32,000 nt of DNA from Dickeya dadantii NCPPB 898 (GCF_000406145.1 NZ_AOOE01000043.1:60001-92000); one strand, 5' to 3'; shown: positions 1-12,213, numbered from the stretch's first letter. The notes: generated from the sequence alone by a model not told the origin. Made by a program: numbers and translations.

Positions 1-485
1 TTACCCGCCGCCGTGATCTGACCGGTGAAGAAACGGCCGAATTCATGCGCGGCTTCGACAATGGCGCGATAACCGGCAATATTCGCCATTGAACTCAACG
101 CATCCATCGACTGTGCGCGCGAAATACGGGGAACGGAATCCATCGCCAGCACCGTCACCTGGCGGGCCGCCAGCGTTTCCAGCAATGCCGGGTTCTGCGC
201 CGGCCAGATGAAGCTGATGATCGTGCTTCCGGCACGGGTCAATTCCACTTCCTCATCCAGCGGGGCGTTAACCTTGAGCAGGATATCGCTCTGCCAGACA
301 GCCGCCGTATCCAGAATCGTTGCGCCGGCCTGCTCGTAAGCCTCATCCTCAAAACTGGCGAGTTTTCCGGCCCCACGCTCAATGGCGACCTCAAAGCCCA
401 GTTTCAGCAGCTGCTCCACCGTTTTTGGCGTGGCTGCGACACGGGCTTCATTGGCCAACCTCTCTTTTGGTACACCAATACGCAT
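1..485 (-). CDS. pntA: NAD(P) transhydrogenase subunit alpha, N-terminal 161 codons (gene continues beyond the window start)
   Basis: Minus-strand frame is open to the window edge. From the ATG (complement of 483-485) it reads MRIGVPKERLANEARVAATPKTVEQLLKLGFEVAIERGAGKLASFEDEAYEQAGA and ends AHEFGRFFTGQITAAGK, matching the recalled E. coli PntA N-terminus (MRIGIPRERLTNETRVAATPKTVEQLLKLGF). It is absent from the ORF track because no stop lies in the window. Confidence 0.9.
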   Translation of the reverse strand, partial: MRIGVPKERLANEARVAATPKTVEQLLKLGFEVAIERGAGKLASFEDEAYEQAGATILDTAAVWQSDILLKVNAPLDEEVELTRAGSTIISFIWPAQNPALLETLAARQVTVLAMDSVPRISRAQSMDALSSMANIAGYRAIVEAAHEFGRFFTGQITAAG

Positions 486-995
486 TGTGAATCCCTTTTC
501 GTTGTCACGAAGGTTTTATATGGTTGTGTCAATCACCTAAAAACTAACTTGTCGCCGTTGCCAGCACCCTCAGGCGATAGCGATAAGTCCCTTTATAACC
601 TACTTAAAATGGAATTAATGATCCACCGCTAAAACCATTAGGTTCTAAAAGCAGAATTTTGACAGGTGACGATGGCTATTTATGGTTAAAAATCACAGCT
701 AAAACAGATTTTTCTAACATTATTACCATATTAATGTTTCGAGCCATCTCACAAAAAGCCCCTGTTAACGCTTTGTTAAGCGCACTGATTCTGATAAATA
801 TCGTTTATAAAAGGAATTCGGTTATTAATAGTGATTATTTCCATTTTTCTCTTCTTCCATTATCAACTCAGCGGTTTTGCGGGATTTGGCTTAAAATGCA
901 GAGGCATAACGTCAGGTTCCGTGCCATAATCAGCGGCTACCACAGAAGATGGCTTGGTACGTATTCACCGTATGCGTCAGGCGAAAGGATTTTTT

Positions 996-1946
996 ATGAA
1001 GCTGAAAACTAGCGTTGTTGCATCAACTCTTTTATCAATAGTAGCGTTTTCGGCGCAGGCTGCGCAGGAACTTACGCCAGAGAAAGCAGAATCACTAAAA
1101 CCCTTTGAGCGTATTACCTTTTTAGGTCGTTACGATGCCATTTACGAAGCAGCGTCCGATGCCTCTAAAAAGGCGGATGAGCGTGGCGCGGCGGCTTTTT
1201 ATATCCAAAGCACCTCGGAAGTGAACGGTGGGCGCTGGGCCGTTACCGTGGATCTGTACCACAAGGACGCGCCGGAAGCGACCAAAGACACCAACTACCG
1301 TGAATTCAGCGGCGTGAAAGAACTGCCGAAAGATGACGCGGTACGTCTGGAACCCTATGACACGGTCACAGTCACCGGTTATTTTGGCAACCAGCCGGAA
1401 GTGAATGAAGCCATTGGCAAAGCAGCCAAGCAGAAAAACGCGTATTCCTTCTATATCGTGCGTCAGGTCGATATCAACTCCAGCGGCGCAACCCAGTCCA
1501 TCACCGCTTTCGTCTACAAAAAAGATGCGCCGAAACGTCAGGTGCAAAGCCCGGACGCCATCCCGGCAAACTCGGAAGCCGGCAAAGCAGCGATTGCCGC
1601 TGGCGGCGCAGCGGCTTCCAAAGTGGAAATCCCTGGCGTAGCTACCTCTTCTAGCCTGAGTAATAAAGTGGGTAACTTTTTCCAGACCCAGTCTTCCTCT
1701 GTCGGATCACGTTACAGCGTCACCATGCCCGATGGCACAAAAATTCAGGAGCTGAATAACGCGACGGCGGCACAGATGGCACCGTTTGACTCCATTAGCT
1801 TCCGTGATAGCTTCAGTAGCCCCACGGATATTTCTGAAGAGGTAGCGAAGCGAGCGGCGAAAAAAGGCGCCAAGTTCTACCACATCACCAAAGAGTGGCA
1901 GGAAAACGGCGACCACTACACCATCAGCGCCGACTTGTATAAATAA
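996..1946 (+). CDS. ydgH: YdgH-like periplasmic protein with three DUF1471 (YdgH/BhsA/McbA) repeats
   Basis: ORF 954-1946. Preferred start is the ATG at 996, preceded by AAAGGA at 985-990, giving the signal peptide MKLKTSVVASTLLSIVAFSAQA. There are three repeats, each ending in a (D)LYK/VYKK-type motif. It is adjacent and divergent to pntA, as in E. coli. Confidence 0.85.
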   Translation: MKLKTSVVASTLLSIVAFSAQAAQELTPEKAESLKPFERITFLGRYDAIYEAASDASKKADERGAAAFYIQSTSEVNGGRWAVTVDLYHKDAPEATKDTNYREFSGVKELPKDDAVRLEPYDTVTVTGYFGNQPEVNEAIGKAAKQKNAYSFYIVRQVDINSSGATQSITAFVYKKDAPKRQVQSPDAIPANSEAGKAAIAAGGAAASKVEIPGVATSSSLSNKVGNFFQTQSSSVGSRYSVTMPDGTKIQELNNATAAQMAPFDSISFRDSFSSPTDISEEVAKRAAKKGAKFYHITKEWQENGDHYTISADLYK

Positions 1947-1977
1947 TCGTTTTGTACAAATAACCATGGTTCGATGC

Positions 1978-2008
1978 ATAAAAAAACCGCCTGTTGGCGG
2001 TTTTTTTA
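1978..2008. terminator. Bidirectional rho-independent terminator between ydgH (+) and kdsA (-)
   Basis: A-run, CCGCC (1987-1991), loop TGTT, GGCGG (1996-2000), then T7 (2001-2007). The flanking A and T runs let it work on both strands. Confidence 0.7.
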
Positions 2009-2022
2009 CATCTGCGGGTAAA

Positions 2023-2886
<864 letters not shown>

Positions 2887-2933
2887 TTATTGTCGGATAA
2901 ATCAGATGATCGGGGTTCAGGCGTTTTACCGAA

Positions 2934-3743
2934 CTAGTGCAGCACAATCTGCTTCTGCTCGATAGAGTGAATCTGCACCTTAATCATTTCGCTAACCGGA
3001 TCTTCCGGGCATTGTTCCACGAAATAGCTCAGGTCTGACAAGGCGATATGATCGCATTCCAGTTGGGCGTAAATCAGGCCACGGTCACGGATTTCATACG
3101 GATCTTCCGGGTCGAACTGCAGCACGGCTTCACTGGCGCGCAGCGCCAGCTCCATCTGTTTCTCTTCCATCAGCGCGACCTTGAGCGTATCCAGCAGCTT
3201 GCGGACAATCATCACGTTTTCCGCTTCATCCAGATCGCTGTCCATCAGCCTGGCGGAAAGACCAATGTTGCCTTTTAGCCACACTTCCAGCACGTGTTCG
3301 CTCAGCGTGTCGCCGTTTAGCGGATTAATCAGCCACATTTCATCGTCGAGCCAGTCGGCGCGTAAAATCAGCTGGGTCGGGAAAATTACCGGCATCAGCG
3401 GCAACCCCAGCTGATTAGCGATATGCAGGAAGATAATTCCCAACGATACCGGCATCCCCTGTCGGGTAGCCAGCACGTTGTCCAGCCACAGTACGTCGGA
3501 CAAATGGTAAACGCCACTGGCGCCGCCAAAGCCCCAGGAATGGAAGAAGAGCTCAATGAGCTGTTCCAGCTGTTGATCCTGATCCAGATCGGCGGAGATG
3601 ACCGCCCGCGCTTCTTCAACGAGTTGCTGCAGATTTTGTCTCACTTCCTGCGCGGAAAAATCGCGGCGTATTGACTGGGAAACCAGAATCACGCCTTCAC
3701 TTAAGGGGGACTGGTTAAATTCAAAATCAGCAATAGAACTCAT
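2934..3743 (-). CDS. sirB1: SirB1/YchA family protein (transglutaminase-like/TPR)
   Basis: The ORF-track version starts at a GTG at 3779. The internal ATG at 3743 gives MSSIADFEFNQSPL, which aligns with the E. coli SirB1 start MRSLADFEFNKAPL. The C-terminus YFVEQCPEDPVSEMIKVQI is conserved. Confidence 0.85.
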   Translation of the reverse strand: MSSIADFEFNQSPLSEGVILVSQSIRRDFSAQEVRQNLQQLVEEARAVISADLDQDQQLEQLIELFFHSWGFGGASGVYHLSDVLWLDNVLATRQGMPVSLGIIFLHIANQLGLPLMPVIFPTQLILRADWLDDEMWLINPLNGDTLSEHVLEVWLKGNIGLSARLMDSDLDEAENVMIVRKLLDTLKVALMEEKQMELALRASEAVLQFDPEDPYEIRDRGLIYAQLECDHIALSDLSYFVEQCPEDPVSEMIKVQIHSIEQKQIVLH

Positions 3744-3964
3744 AGTTATTCCATCAAGCAAAGATAACGTCAGCTGCACGCCTGAAAAAGCAAATTATTC
3801 ATCAGCCCATGCACGCCTTGCGGGCGCGGAAGCCAGCGGATCAGATAATAATGCCAAACCTGGCGCTCGTCAGCAGGTCTGTCCAGAACGTCGAGCGATA
3901 ATCATGGCTAATCATTACCAATGTGATCCGGCTCAAGCCCCGGCAACGCAGGTTGAGGCCGCAT

Positions 3965-4816
3965 TCAACGCCCGTAGATTGCCCCGGCGGGCCATTGCCC
4001 CAGCGTCACTCGCTCATTATCGCCATAATCGCGGTAGGTTTTCACTTGCACAAAACCATACTGCGTCAGTAATGACCGTACCGCATCGCCCTGCTGCCAG
4101 CCGTGTTCCAGCAGTAGCCAGCCGCTATCCAGCAAAAATCCCCCCGCTTGCCGGATAATTTGCCGCAAATCAGCCAGCCCAGCCTCTCTCGCCACCAGCG
4201 CGCTGGCGGGTTCGAAACGCACATCGCCTCGCGACAGGTGCGGGTCATGCTCGTCAATGTAGGGAGGATTGCTGACAATCAGAGAGAAACGCTGCCCATT
4301 CAGCGGCGAAAACCAGTCTCCCGGCAAAAACCGGGCATTGGCGATTCCCAACTGACTGGCGTTATGATTGGCCAGCGCCACCGCGTCGGGCTGACGATCA
4401 ATCCCCACCACCTGACAATCCGGCCGCTCATGCGCAATCGCCAATGCAATCGCTCCGGTGCCGGTGCCCAAATCCAGCACCGATGAGGCACCGGCGGGCA
4501 AATGCGCCAGCGCGTGTTCAACCAAACATTCGGTATCCGGACGCGGGATCAGCGTCGCCGGCGATACGGCCAGCGATAGCGACCAGAACTCCCGATGCCC
4601 GACCAGATAGGCAATCGGCTCGCCGGTGGCGCGGCGCGCCAGCAAGGCTGCAAGCGCCGAGCCCTCGCCATCGGTCAACTCGGTTTCACCAAACGCCAAC
4701 AGAAACGTGCGACCTTTTCCGGTCACATGTTCCAACAGAATCTCGGCGTCTCGCTTCGGGCTGTCGCTGGCCTGCAGTCGGGCTGCCGCCTGTTTCAGCC
4801 AGTCCTGATAATTCAT
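3965..4816 (-). CDS. prmC: Release-factor glutamine N5-methyltransferase
   Basis: 283 aa with the SAM motif [11 protein letters not shown] and the NPPY catalytic motif. Colinear with E. coli PrmC. Its start overlaps the prfA stop by 4 nt (4813-4816). Confidence 0.95.
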   Translation of the reverse strand: MNYQDWLKQAAARLQASDSPKRDAEILLEHVTGKGRTFLLAFGETELTDGEGSALAALLARRATGEPIAYLVGHREFWSLSLAVSPATLIPRPDTECLVEHALAHLPAGASSVLDLGTGTGAIALAIAHERPDCQVVGIDRQPDAVALANHNASQLGIANARFLPGDWFSPLNGQRFSLIVSNPPYIDEHDPHLSRGDVRFEPASALVAREAGLADLRQIIRQAGGFLLDSGWLLLEHGWQQGDAVRSLLTQYGFVQVKTYRDYGDNERVTLGQWPAGAIYGR

Positions 4817-5898
4817 TGATCCTGCTCGGCCAGCGCCGCCAGTTGATCCGCCTGATATTCCTGCACGATAGGCTGAATCAGCATATCCAGTTTGCCTTCC
4901 ATCGCCTCGTCCAGCCGATAGAGCGTCAGGTTGATACGATGATCGGTCACCCTTCCCTGCGGAAAGTTGTAGGTGCGGATACGGTCGGAGCGGTCGCCGC
5001 TGCCCAACAGGTTACGCCGGGTCGAGGCTTCTTCCTGCTGGCGCTTTTGCATTTCCGCGGCGCGAATGCGGGCAGCCAGCACCGACAATGCTTTGGCTTT
5101 GTTCTTGTGCTGTGAACGCTCATCCTGACACTCGACCACAATGCCGGTCGGCAGGTGGGTGATACGGATAGCGGAATCGGTGGTGTTGACGTGTTGCCCG
5201 CCGGCGCCGGAGGAGCGGAAGGTATCGATTCTCAGATCGGCAGGGTTGATATCCGGCAGTTCCGCTTCCGGTACTTCCGGCATCACCGCGACGGTACAGG
5301 CGGAGGTATGGATACGCCCCTGCGACTCAGTGGCCGGTACCCGCTGCACCCGGTGGCCGCCGGATTCGAATTTCAACTGGCCGTAGGCGCCGTCGCCCGC
5401 TACCTTGGCGATCATCTCTTTGTAGCCGCCGTGTTCGCCGTCGCTGGCGCTCATGACTTCAACCTTCCAGCGGCGGGATTCGGCATAACGGCTGTACATA
5501 CGGAACAGATCGCCGGCAAACAGCGCGGCTTCGTCACCGCCGGTGCCGGCGCGAATTTCAAGGAAACAACCGCGTTCGTCATCCGGATCCTTCGGTAGCA
5601 ACAACACCTGTAATTGCTGTTCCAGTTCTTCGCTGGCCGCTTTAGCCGTTTTCAGTTCGTCCTGCGCCAAATCGCGCATTTCGGGGTCATCCAGCATCAG
5701 TTCGGCCGTGGCGAGATCGTCCTGCGTCTGCTGCCAGCGCTGAAAGCAACGGGTAATGTCGGTAAGTTGCGCGTACTCGCGGGACAACGCCCGGAAACGG
5801 TCCATATCGGCAATCACGCTGGGTTCTCCCAGCAGCGCCTGCACTTCTTCATGGCGCTCTTGTAACGCTTCCAGTTTGGCAACAATAGAAGGCTTCAT
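4813..5898 (-). CDS. prfA: Peptide chain release factor 1
   Basis: 361 aa with the RF1 tripeptide PAT ([14 protein letters not shown]) and the GGQ motif ([13 protein letters not shown]). Confidence 0.97.
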   Translation of the reverse strand: MKPSIVAKLEALQERHEEVQALLGEPSVIADMDRFRALSREYAQLTDITRCFQRWQQTQDDLATAELMLDDPEMRDLAQDELKTAKAASEELEQQLQVLLLPKDPDDERGCFLEIRAGTGGDEAALFAGDLFRMYSRYAESRRWKVEVMSASDGEHGGYKEMIAKVAGDGAYGQLKFESGGHRVQRVPATESQGRIHTSACTVAVMPEVPEAELPDINPADLRIDTFRSSGAGGQHVNTTDSAIRITHLPTGIVVECQDERSQHKNKAKALSVLAARIRAAEMQKRQQEEASTRRNLLGSGDRSDRIRTYNFPQGRVTDHRINLTLYRLDEAMEGKLDMLIQPIVQEYQADQLAALAEQDQ

Positions 5899-5945
5899 GC
5901 GGGCAGTTCAATCCTGTGTTGAATCATTATGGGGGAAGAAGAATG

Positions 5946-7202
5946 CTAGTTCAGACCGAGGCTGTCACGCAAAATCTGCAAACGCTCCAGATCGCCGTCG
6001 CGGGCGGCCTGTTGCAATGACCGGGTGGGAGCATGAATCAGGCGATTGGTCAGCCGGTGCGCCAGTTCCTGCACGATGGCATCCACATCGCCGCCGTTCT
6101 GTATCGCCGCCAGCGCTTTGGCGGTCATATCATCACGCAGGCGATCGGCCTGAGAACGATAGTCGCGGATGGTGTCCACCGCCGCCTGCGCACGCAGCCA
6201 GGCCATGAACTCCGAACACTCCTGCTGCACGATGGACTCAGCCTGAATGGCCGCCGCCTTACGCTGCGCCAGATTGTGCTGAATGATCGCCTGCAGATCA
6301 TCGACGCTATACAGATAAATGTTCGGCAATCGCCCGACTTCAGGCTCGATGTCGCGCGGTACGGCGATGTCCACCATCAGCATCGGCTGATTACGGCGGG
6401 TTTTCATCGTACGCTCCATCATCCCTTTACCGATGATGGGCAACGTACTGGCGGTAGAACTGATGACGATGTCCGCCTGCGGCAAATAAGCACCCAGTTC
6501 CGCCAGCGTAATCACATCGGCGCCCACTTCTTCGGCCAGCAACTGAGCACGCTCGCGCGTCCGGTTGGCAATCACCATCCGCTTCACGCGATGCTCGCGC
6601 AAATGACGGGACACCAGTTCGATGGTTTCGCCTGCGCCCACCAGCAGGACATTGACGTCGGCCAAAGATTCGAAGATCTGCCGCGCCAGCGTACAGGCGG
6701 CAAACGCCACCGACACCGCGCTGGCGCCGATATCGGTTTCGGTGCGTACCCGTTTGGCGACGGTAAACGACTTCTGGAACATGCGCTCCAGTTCGCCTGA
6801 CAATGAACGTTCGCGCTGAGAATCGGCGAAGGCTTTCTTGACCTGCCCCAGAATCTGCGGTTCGCCCAGCACCAGCGAATCCAGTCCGCTGGCGACGCGC
6901 ATCAGATGGCTGACGGCAGCATTGCCTTCGTGCCAGTAGAGATTTTTACGGATTTCATCAGGACTGAGCCGGTGATAATCACACAACCAGGCGATCAACT
7001 GTTCGCGCCGGTTTTCCTGCTCTTCCACGCTGAGATAAAGTTCGGTGCGATTGCAGGTGGAAAGCAACACCCCGCCCTGAACCAGCGGTTGCTGTAACAG
7101 ACTGTGCAGCGCCTGCCCCTGTCTGTCCGGAGAGAACGCTACACGTTCCCGCAGAGAGACTGGTGCTGTTTTATGATTGATGCCAAGCGCAAGCAGGGTC
7201 AT
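5946..7202 (-). CDS. hemA: Glutamyl-tRNA reductase
   Basis: 418 aa. N-terminus [19 protein letters not shown], active-site region [10 protein letters not shown], and an NADPH-binding GAGE motif ([10 protein letters not shown]). Confidence 0.97.
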   Translation of the reverse strand: MTLLALGINHKTAPVSLRERVAFSPDRQGQALHSLLQQPLVQGGVLLSTCNRTELYLSVEEQENRREQLIAWLCDYHRLSPDEIRKNLYWHEGNAAVSHLMRVASGLDSLVLGEPQILGQVKKAFADSQRERSLSGELERMFQKSFTVAKRVRTETDIGASAVSVAFAACTLARQIFESLADVNVLLVGAGETIELVSRHLREHRVKRMVIANRTRERAQLLAEEVGADVITLAELGAYLPQADIVISSTASTLPIIGKGMMERTMKTRRNQPMLMVDIAVPRDIEPEVGRLPNIYLYSVDDLQAIIQHNLAQRKAAAIQAESIVQQECSEFMAWLRAQAAVDTIRDYRSQADRLRDDMTAKALAAIQNGGDVDAIVQELAHRLTNRLIHAPTRSLQQAARDGDLERLQILRDSLGLN

Positions 7203-7335
7203 GGTCTACAGAGTAATCCCGATGTTAGTATGGGTTTCATCTGAGTGGCATTCTACTTGAAGCCTGCGGGCAAGAAAAGTGACCCTGGGCGACTACATTC
7301 ACGTTGTTCCACCGCGCCGGGCAGCATCACAGGCA

Positions 7336-7364
7336 TTGACGCTGCCAGTCAACCCCGCTAGCGT
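7336..7364 (+). promoter_or_regulatory. Candidate sigma70 promoter for lolB-ispE
   Basis: TTGACG (7336-7341), 17-nt spacer, TAGCGT (7359-7364), about 48 nt before the lolB ATG. Pattern match only. Confidence 0.3.
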
Positions 7365-7411
7365 GACGCCTTGTTGTGAACCCATGATGCTTGTAACAGG
7401 ACCTTTTCGAC

Positions 7412-8032
7412 ATGCCCAATAATCCCGTTCGCGCCTTACGGTTACTGCCTTTGGCGAGTGTGTTACTGACAGCCTGTACCCTGACGCAGCCCACCTTGCC
7501 GGGTAAAAAACCGACCTCTCCCGAGTGGCGCGAACATGAGCAAAAAGTACAAAATCTGACCCAGTATCAGACCCGCGGCTCCTTCGCCTATATTTCCGAT
7601 AGGAAAAAGCTGTACGCCCGTTTCTTCTGGCAACAGCCTTCTCCACAGCGTTACCGTCTGTTGCTCAGCAATCCGCTAGGGGGCACAGAACTGGAGCTAC
7701 AAGTCAGCCCGGACCTGGTGCAGATTACCGACAATCAAGGTAAGCGCTACATGGGTAAAGACGCGCAGCACATGGTTCAGCAGCTCACCGGCATGGCGAT
7801 TCCGCTCGATAATTTGCGCCAGTGGATGCTCGGTCTGCCGGGCGACGCGCAGGATTTCGCTCTGGATGAACGCGCTCTGCTGCGCAGCGTGAACTATCAG
7901 CAGGGCGACCAGCACTGGAACGTGTCCTACCTGTCCTATACTGACGGTCCACTGCCGTTGCCGCAGAATCTGGAACTGACCCAGGGCGAGCAACGCATCA
8001 AACTGAAAATGGACAACTGGACGACGCAATAG
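7412..8032 (+). CDS. lolB: Outer-membrane lipoprotein LolB
   Basis: 206 aa with the lipobox LLTAC. Conserved FAYISDRKKLYARFFWQQ and RIKLKMDNW, as in E. coli LolB. Confidence 0.93.
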   Translation: MPNNPVRALRLLPLASVLLTACTLTQPTLPGKKPTSPEWREHEQKVQNLTQYQTRGSFAYISDRKKLYARFFWQQPSPQRYRLLLSNPLGGTELELQVSPDLVQITDNQGKRYMGKDAQHMVQQLTGMAIPLDNLRQWMLGLPGDAQDFALDERALLRSVNYQQGDQHWNVSYLSYTDGPLPLPQNLELTQGEQRIKLKMDNWTTQ

Positions 8033-8035
8033 CTC

Positions 8036-8908
8036 ATGGCGACCGCATGCAACCGCTGGCCTTCCCCGGCCAAACTGAATCTGTTTTTATACATCACTGG
8101 TCGTCGCCCGGACGGTTACCATAATCTGCAGACGCTGTTTCAGTTTCTGGATTACGGCGACACCCTGGCCATTACGCCACGGCAGGATCAGCAAATCGTC
8201 TTACTGACACCGCTGCCCGGCGTTCCCGATGAACAGAATCTGGCCGTTCGCGCCGCCCGCCAGTTGCAGGACCATTGTCGACAGGCCGGATTGCCGTTTG
8301 CCGGCGCCGATATCGCCGTCGACAAACGTCTGCCGATGGGCGGCGGCCTGGGCGGTGGTTCGTCTAACGCCGCCACGGTACTGGTGGCGCTGAATCAGCT
8401 GTGGGGCAGCCGGATACCGGTCGACACATTGGCCGCACTGGGCCTGAAGCTGGGGGCGGATGTGCCGGTATTCGTGCATGGGCACGCCGCGTTCGCCGAA
8501 GGCGTGGGAGAACGGTTAACACCCGCGTCGCCGCCGGAAAAATGGTATCTGGTGGTGCACCCCGGCGTCAGCATTCCCACCCCGCTCATCTTTGCCGATC
8601 CGGATTTGACGCGAGATACGCCGGTACGCCCGCTGTCACAATTACTGACACAAACTTTCAGCAACGATTGTGAAGCTGTCGCAAGAAAACGTTTTCGTGA
8701 GGTTGAAGAGCGACTTTTATGGCTGTTAGAATACGCACCGTCGCGCCTGACCGGCACCGGCGCTTGCGTGTTTGCCGAATTCGACACCGAGTCCGCCGCT
8801 CGTCAGGTGCTAAACCGGGCCCCGGAAGGATTGCATGGTTTTGTTGCGCGTGGTGTTAACGTTTCCCCGCTGCAGCGGCGGCTTTCCGGGCAATTCAAGG
8901 ATTGCTAA
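8036..8908 (+). CDS. ispE: 4-diphosphocytidyl-2-C-methyl-D-erythritol kinase
   Basis: 290 aa. [22 protein letters not shown], the GHMP kinase loop [14 protein letters not shown], and C-terminal [14 protein letters not shown]. Confidence 0.95.
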   Translation: MATACNRWPSPAKLNLFLYITGRRPDGYHNLQTLFQFLDYGDTLAITPRQDQQIVLLTPLPGVPDEQNLAVRAARQLQDHCRQAGLPFAGADIAVDKRLPMGGGLGGGSSNAATVLVALNQLWGSRIPVDTLAALGLKLGADVPVFVHGHAAFAEGVGERLTPASPPEKWYLVVHPGVSIPTPLIFADPDLTRDTPVRPLSQLLTQTFSNDCEAVARKRFREVEERLLWLLEYAPSRLTGTGACVFAEFDTESAARQVLNRAPEGLHGFVARGVNVSPLQRRLSGQFKDC

Positions 8909-9985
<1,077 letters not shown>

Positions 9986-10009
9986 TCGATATTTCGGCTG
10001 CAATGACTA

Positions 10010-10044
10010 CGCCACCGGATAATGATTATCCGGTGGCGTTTTTA
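10010..10044 (+). terminator. prs rho-independent terminator
   Basis: 13-bp stem CGCCACCGGATAA / TTATCCGGTGGCG with loop TGA, followed by TTTTT (10039-10043). Confidence 0.75.
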
Positions 10045-10107
10045 TTAGAGATGAAGAACATTTCCGTATTTTTACTGAAATACTCAATCGTTCAACAGGA
10101 TCCTTAA

Positions 10108-10309
10108 TATACCCGTCATACTTCAAGTTGCAGGTGTGTTGGCTACGTTACTCGGCCCCTCCTTGGGCCTCGCCCTTTCAGGGCCGCAGCAAGCTGCGTT
10201 CAAATCTGCTCCCGGCAGATTTGTCGTTCACCCGAATAACTTGTCTGAATAAGCTCATCGAGATTCACTCACTTGCCGCCTTCCTGCAACTCGAATTATT
10301 TGGGGTATA
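10108..10309. repeat. ERIC (IRU) element, enlarged form with ~73-bp internal insert
   Basis: The ends TATACCCGTCATACTTCAAGTTGCAGG and CACTCACTTGCCGCCTTCCTGCAACTCGAATTATTTGGGGTATA match the recalled ERIC consensus. Internal segments resemble the ERIC2 and ERIC1R primer sites (TCACCCGAATAACTTGT, ATAAGCTCATCGAGATTCAC). Extra DNA lies at about 10155-10227. Confidence 0.75.
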
Positions 10310-10324
10310 GACCGGAATGATCGG

Positions 10325-11110
10325 TTATAGAGCGACTTTGCGCTGAGTCCTGGCTTGTAACGCTTTAACCACAGCCTCCCCAAGCGCCGTTGCAGAAGCT
10401 GGGTTTTGTCCGGTAATTAAACGCCCATCAACAACAACGTTGTTCTCAAATATTGGTGCTTCTTCAAACTTTGCCCCGCCTTTCTTCAAAGCACCTTCCA
10501 GTTCAAATGGCACGATCTTGTCATACTGCCGGGAAACCTCTTCCGCTGCTGTAAATCCTGTGAGGCGACGACCTTTGATTAAGCTTTCACCGTTGCTGAG
10601 TTTCACATTTATGAGCCCTGCCGGGCCATGGCAAACGGCACTAATAACATCCTTGTTTTCGTACATAGTTCGCACAATATTATTGAGTTCAGTATTATTT
10701 ACAAAATCCCACATCGGACCATGACCACCGACGAGCAGAATCGCAGAATATTTTGATGGGTCAACATCCGATAATTTAATCGTTTGACCAAGCTTGTTTC
10801 GGTGTTGGGGGTTGGTCCAAAAATCCAGGCTAGCCTGATCTTTCAAGTCGAAACCATCGAAAGGAGCCAAGCCACCTTTGGGACTTGCAATGTCAAAGTC
10901 AAAACCCGCTTTATCAAAGACCTTTACTGGATGAGTCAATTCTGGAAACCAAAATCCCCCAACGAGATTTTCTGTTTTCTTATCCAGACTGGAGACGACA
11001 ATTAATATCTTTTCCTGTTGTTGAGTTTCCTGGGCAGCCCCCGCAATAACAGATGCCGAGAATACGGTAATGGCGATGATGAGACGCACAAAATACGTTG
11101 CAAGTGACAT
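10325..11110 (-). CDS. Exported DJ-1/PfpI (Hsp31-like, class I glutamine amidotransferase-like) protein; possible glyoxalase III/deglycase
   Basis: ORF 10325-11158. Preferred ATG at 11110 is preceded by GAAGGA and gives the signal peptide MSLATYFVRLIIAITVFSASVIAGAA. Nucleophile elbow AVCHGP, LLVGGHGPMWDF, and a Glu in FWFPELTHP. About 45% GC by hand count. Confidence 0.8.
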   Translation of the reverse strand: MSLATYFVRLIIAITVFSASVIAGAAQETQQQEKILIVVSSLDKKTENLVGGFWFPELTHPVKVFDKAGFDFDIASPKGGLAPFDGFDLKDQASLDFWTNPQHRNKLGQTIKLSDVDPSKYSAILLVGGHGPMWDFVNNTELNNIVRTMYENKDVISAVCHGPAGLINVKLSNGESLIKGRRLTGFTAAEEVSRQYDKIVPFELEGALKKGGAKFEEAPIFENNVVVDGRLITGQNPASATALGEAVVKALQARTQRKVAL

Positions 11111-11289
11111 ATGATTTCCTTCGGATTGTTGGTGTGTCCTCACTGTATCTGAGTTCAAAACCCAGAGGTAGACGGCTAAAACGGAACAGATTGTTTAAAA
11201 AAACATGCCAATAGCCTTGTATTAAGGTGAATTATTACCACAGAATATAAATACGCGAACGAGATGAAAATAATACGAGAGGATTCGAG

Positions 11290-12192
11290 ATGAGCCAAAA
11301 CAATGATTTTGATGGGTTGCCGGAATTTCTGGCTATCTCGAAAAGGCTTAGTATTCGGAAAGCGGCTATCGATCTTGGCAAAACACCAGGTTCAGTCAGT
11401 CAAGCGTTGCAGAAATTGGAGAATCGCCTTGGCATGCTCCTTTTTCATAGGACAACGCGTAAAATGGCATTGACAGAGGCCGGAAAGAACCTGCTCTTGA
11501 AGATAGAGCCCGCTGCGCGTGCAATTTCAGTAAGTCTCGAAGACGCGGTTCAGTCGTCAAAGGCTCCGGCTGGGACATTGAGGTTAATCGTAGAGCGTCT
11601 GGCCTTACCGCATGTTATTGAACCTTTATTACCCGCATTCCGCCAGGAATGGCCAAATGTAAACCTGGATATTACTGTCAGTAATCGCCACAACAATTTT
11701 ATTTCTGAGGGTTATGATGCGGGTATCTTGATCGGTTCATACATTGAGCAGGATATGATTGCGATACGACTTTCCAGGCCTTTTCAATGGGCGGTTTTTG
11801 GGGCTCCAGCCTATTTCAAACTACATGGGAAACCTAAAGTCACCAATGATCTTGTTCATCATGAATGTATTCGGTTTCGTCGCCCGGAAAAAGGCGATAT
11901 TTATCGTTGGGAATTTATTGAGAACAATGAAACAGTACGTATTGACCCGACAGGAGCCATTACGGTCAATGATGGTGAACTTATGCGTAACCTTGCTGTT
12001 AAAGGGGTCGGCCTCATCTACTCGTCTACATTCCACACTTCGCGCGAACTGGCAACGGGAAGCCTGGAGCCCGCACTGCTTGACTGTTCCCCAGGAAATG
12101 ATGGTCTTTTTCTCTATTTTTCGAAAGCAGGCAGAAATCAACCCAAGTTGCGCGCGTTTATTGAGACATGTTCCCGTATAATGAATGTTTAA
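11290..12192 (+). CDS. LysR-family transcriptional regulator
   Basis: 300 aa. N-terminal wHTH (LSIRKAAIDLGKTPGSVSQALQKLENRLGMLLFHRTTRKMALTEAG) plus a substrate-binding domain. Divergent from the DJ-1 gene. About 40% GC. Confidence 0.85.
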   Translation: MSQNNDFDGLPEFLAISKRLSIRKAAIDLGKTPGSVSQALQKLENRLGMLLFHRTTRKMALTEAGKNLLLKIEPAARAISVSLEDAVQSSKAPAGTLRLIVERLALPHVIEPLLPAFRQEWPNVNLDITVSNRHNNFISEGYDAGILIGSYIEQDMIAIRLSRPFQWAVFGAPAYFKLHGKPKVTNDLVHHECIRFRRPEKGDIYRWEFIENNETVRIDPTGAITVNDGELMRNLAVKGVGLIYSSTFHTSRELATGSLEPALLDCSPGNDGLFLYFSKAGRNQPKLRAFIETCSRIMNV

Positions 12193-12213
12193 AATTTATA
12201 ATATATTTTATGT

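Noticed and set aside
659-1012. 117-aa ORF in the pntA-ydgH intergenic region
   Set aside because: It starts at a TTG that is itself part of a TTGACA promoter-like hexamer. It lies in AT-rich DNA and has a low-complexity, Ile/Leu/Phe/Asn-rich composition with no recognisable motif. It also runs into the ydgH start and SD. It is most likely non-coding promoter or 5'-UTR DNA.
6033-6800. 255-aa ORF antisense to hemA (likewise 9080-9787 antisense to prs and 17533-18534 antisense to dbpA)
   Set aside because: These are long antisense frames typical of GC-rich coding DNA. They are Arg/Gly/His-rich with no motifs, and each is fully contained in a strongly supported gene on the other strand.
10128-10310. 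60-aa ORF inside the ERIC element
   Set aside because: It lies entirely within a recognised non-coding repeat and has no SD.
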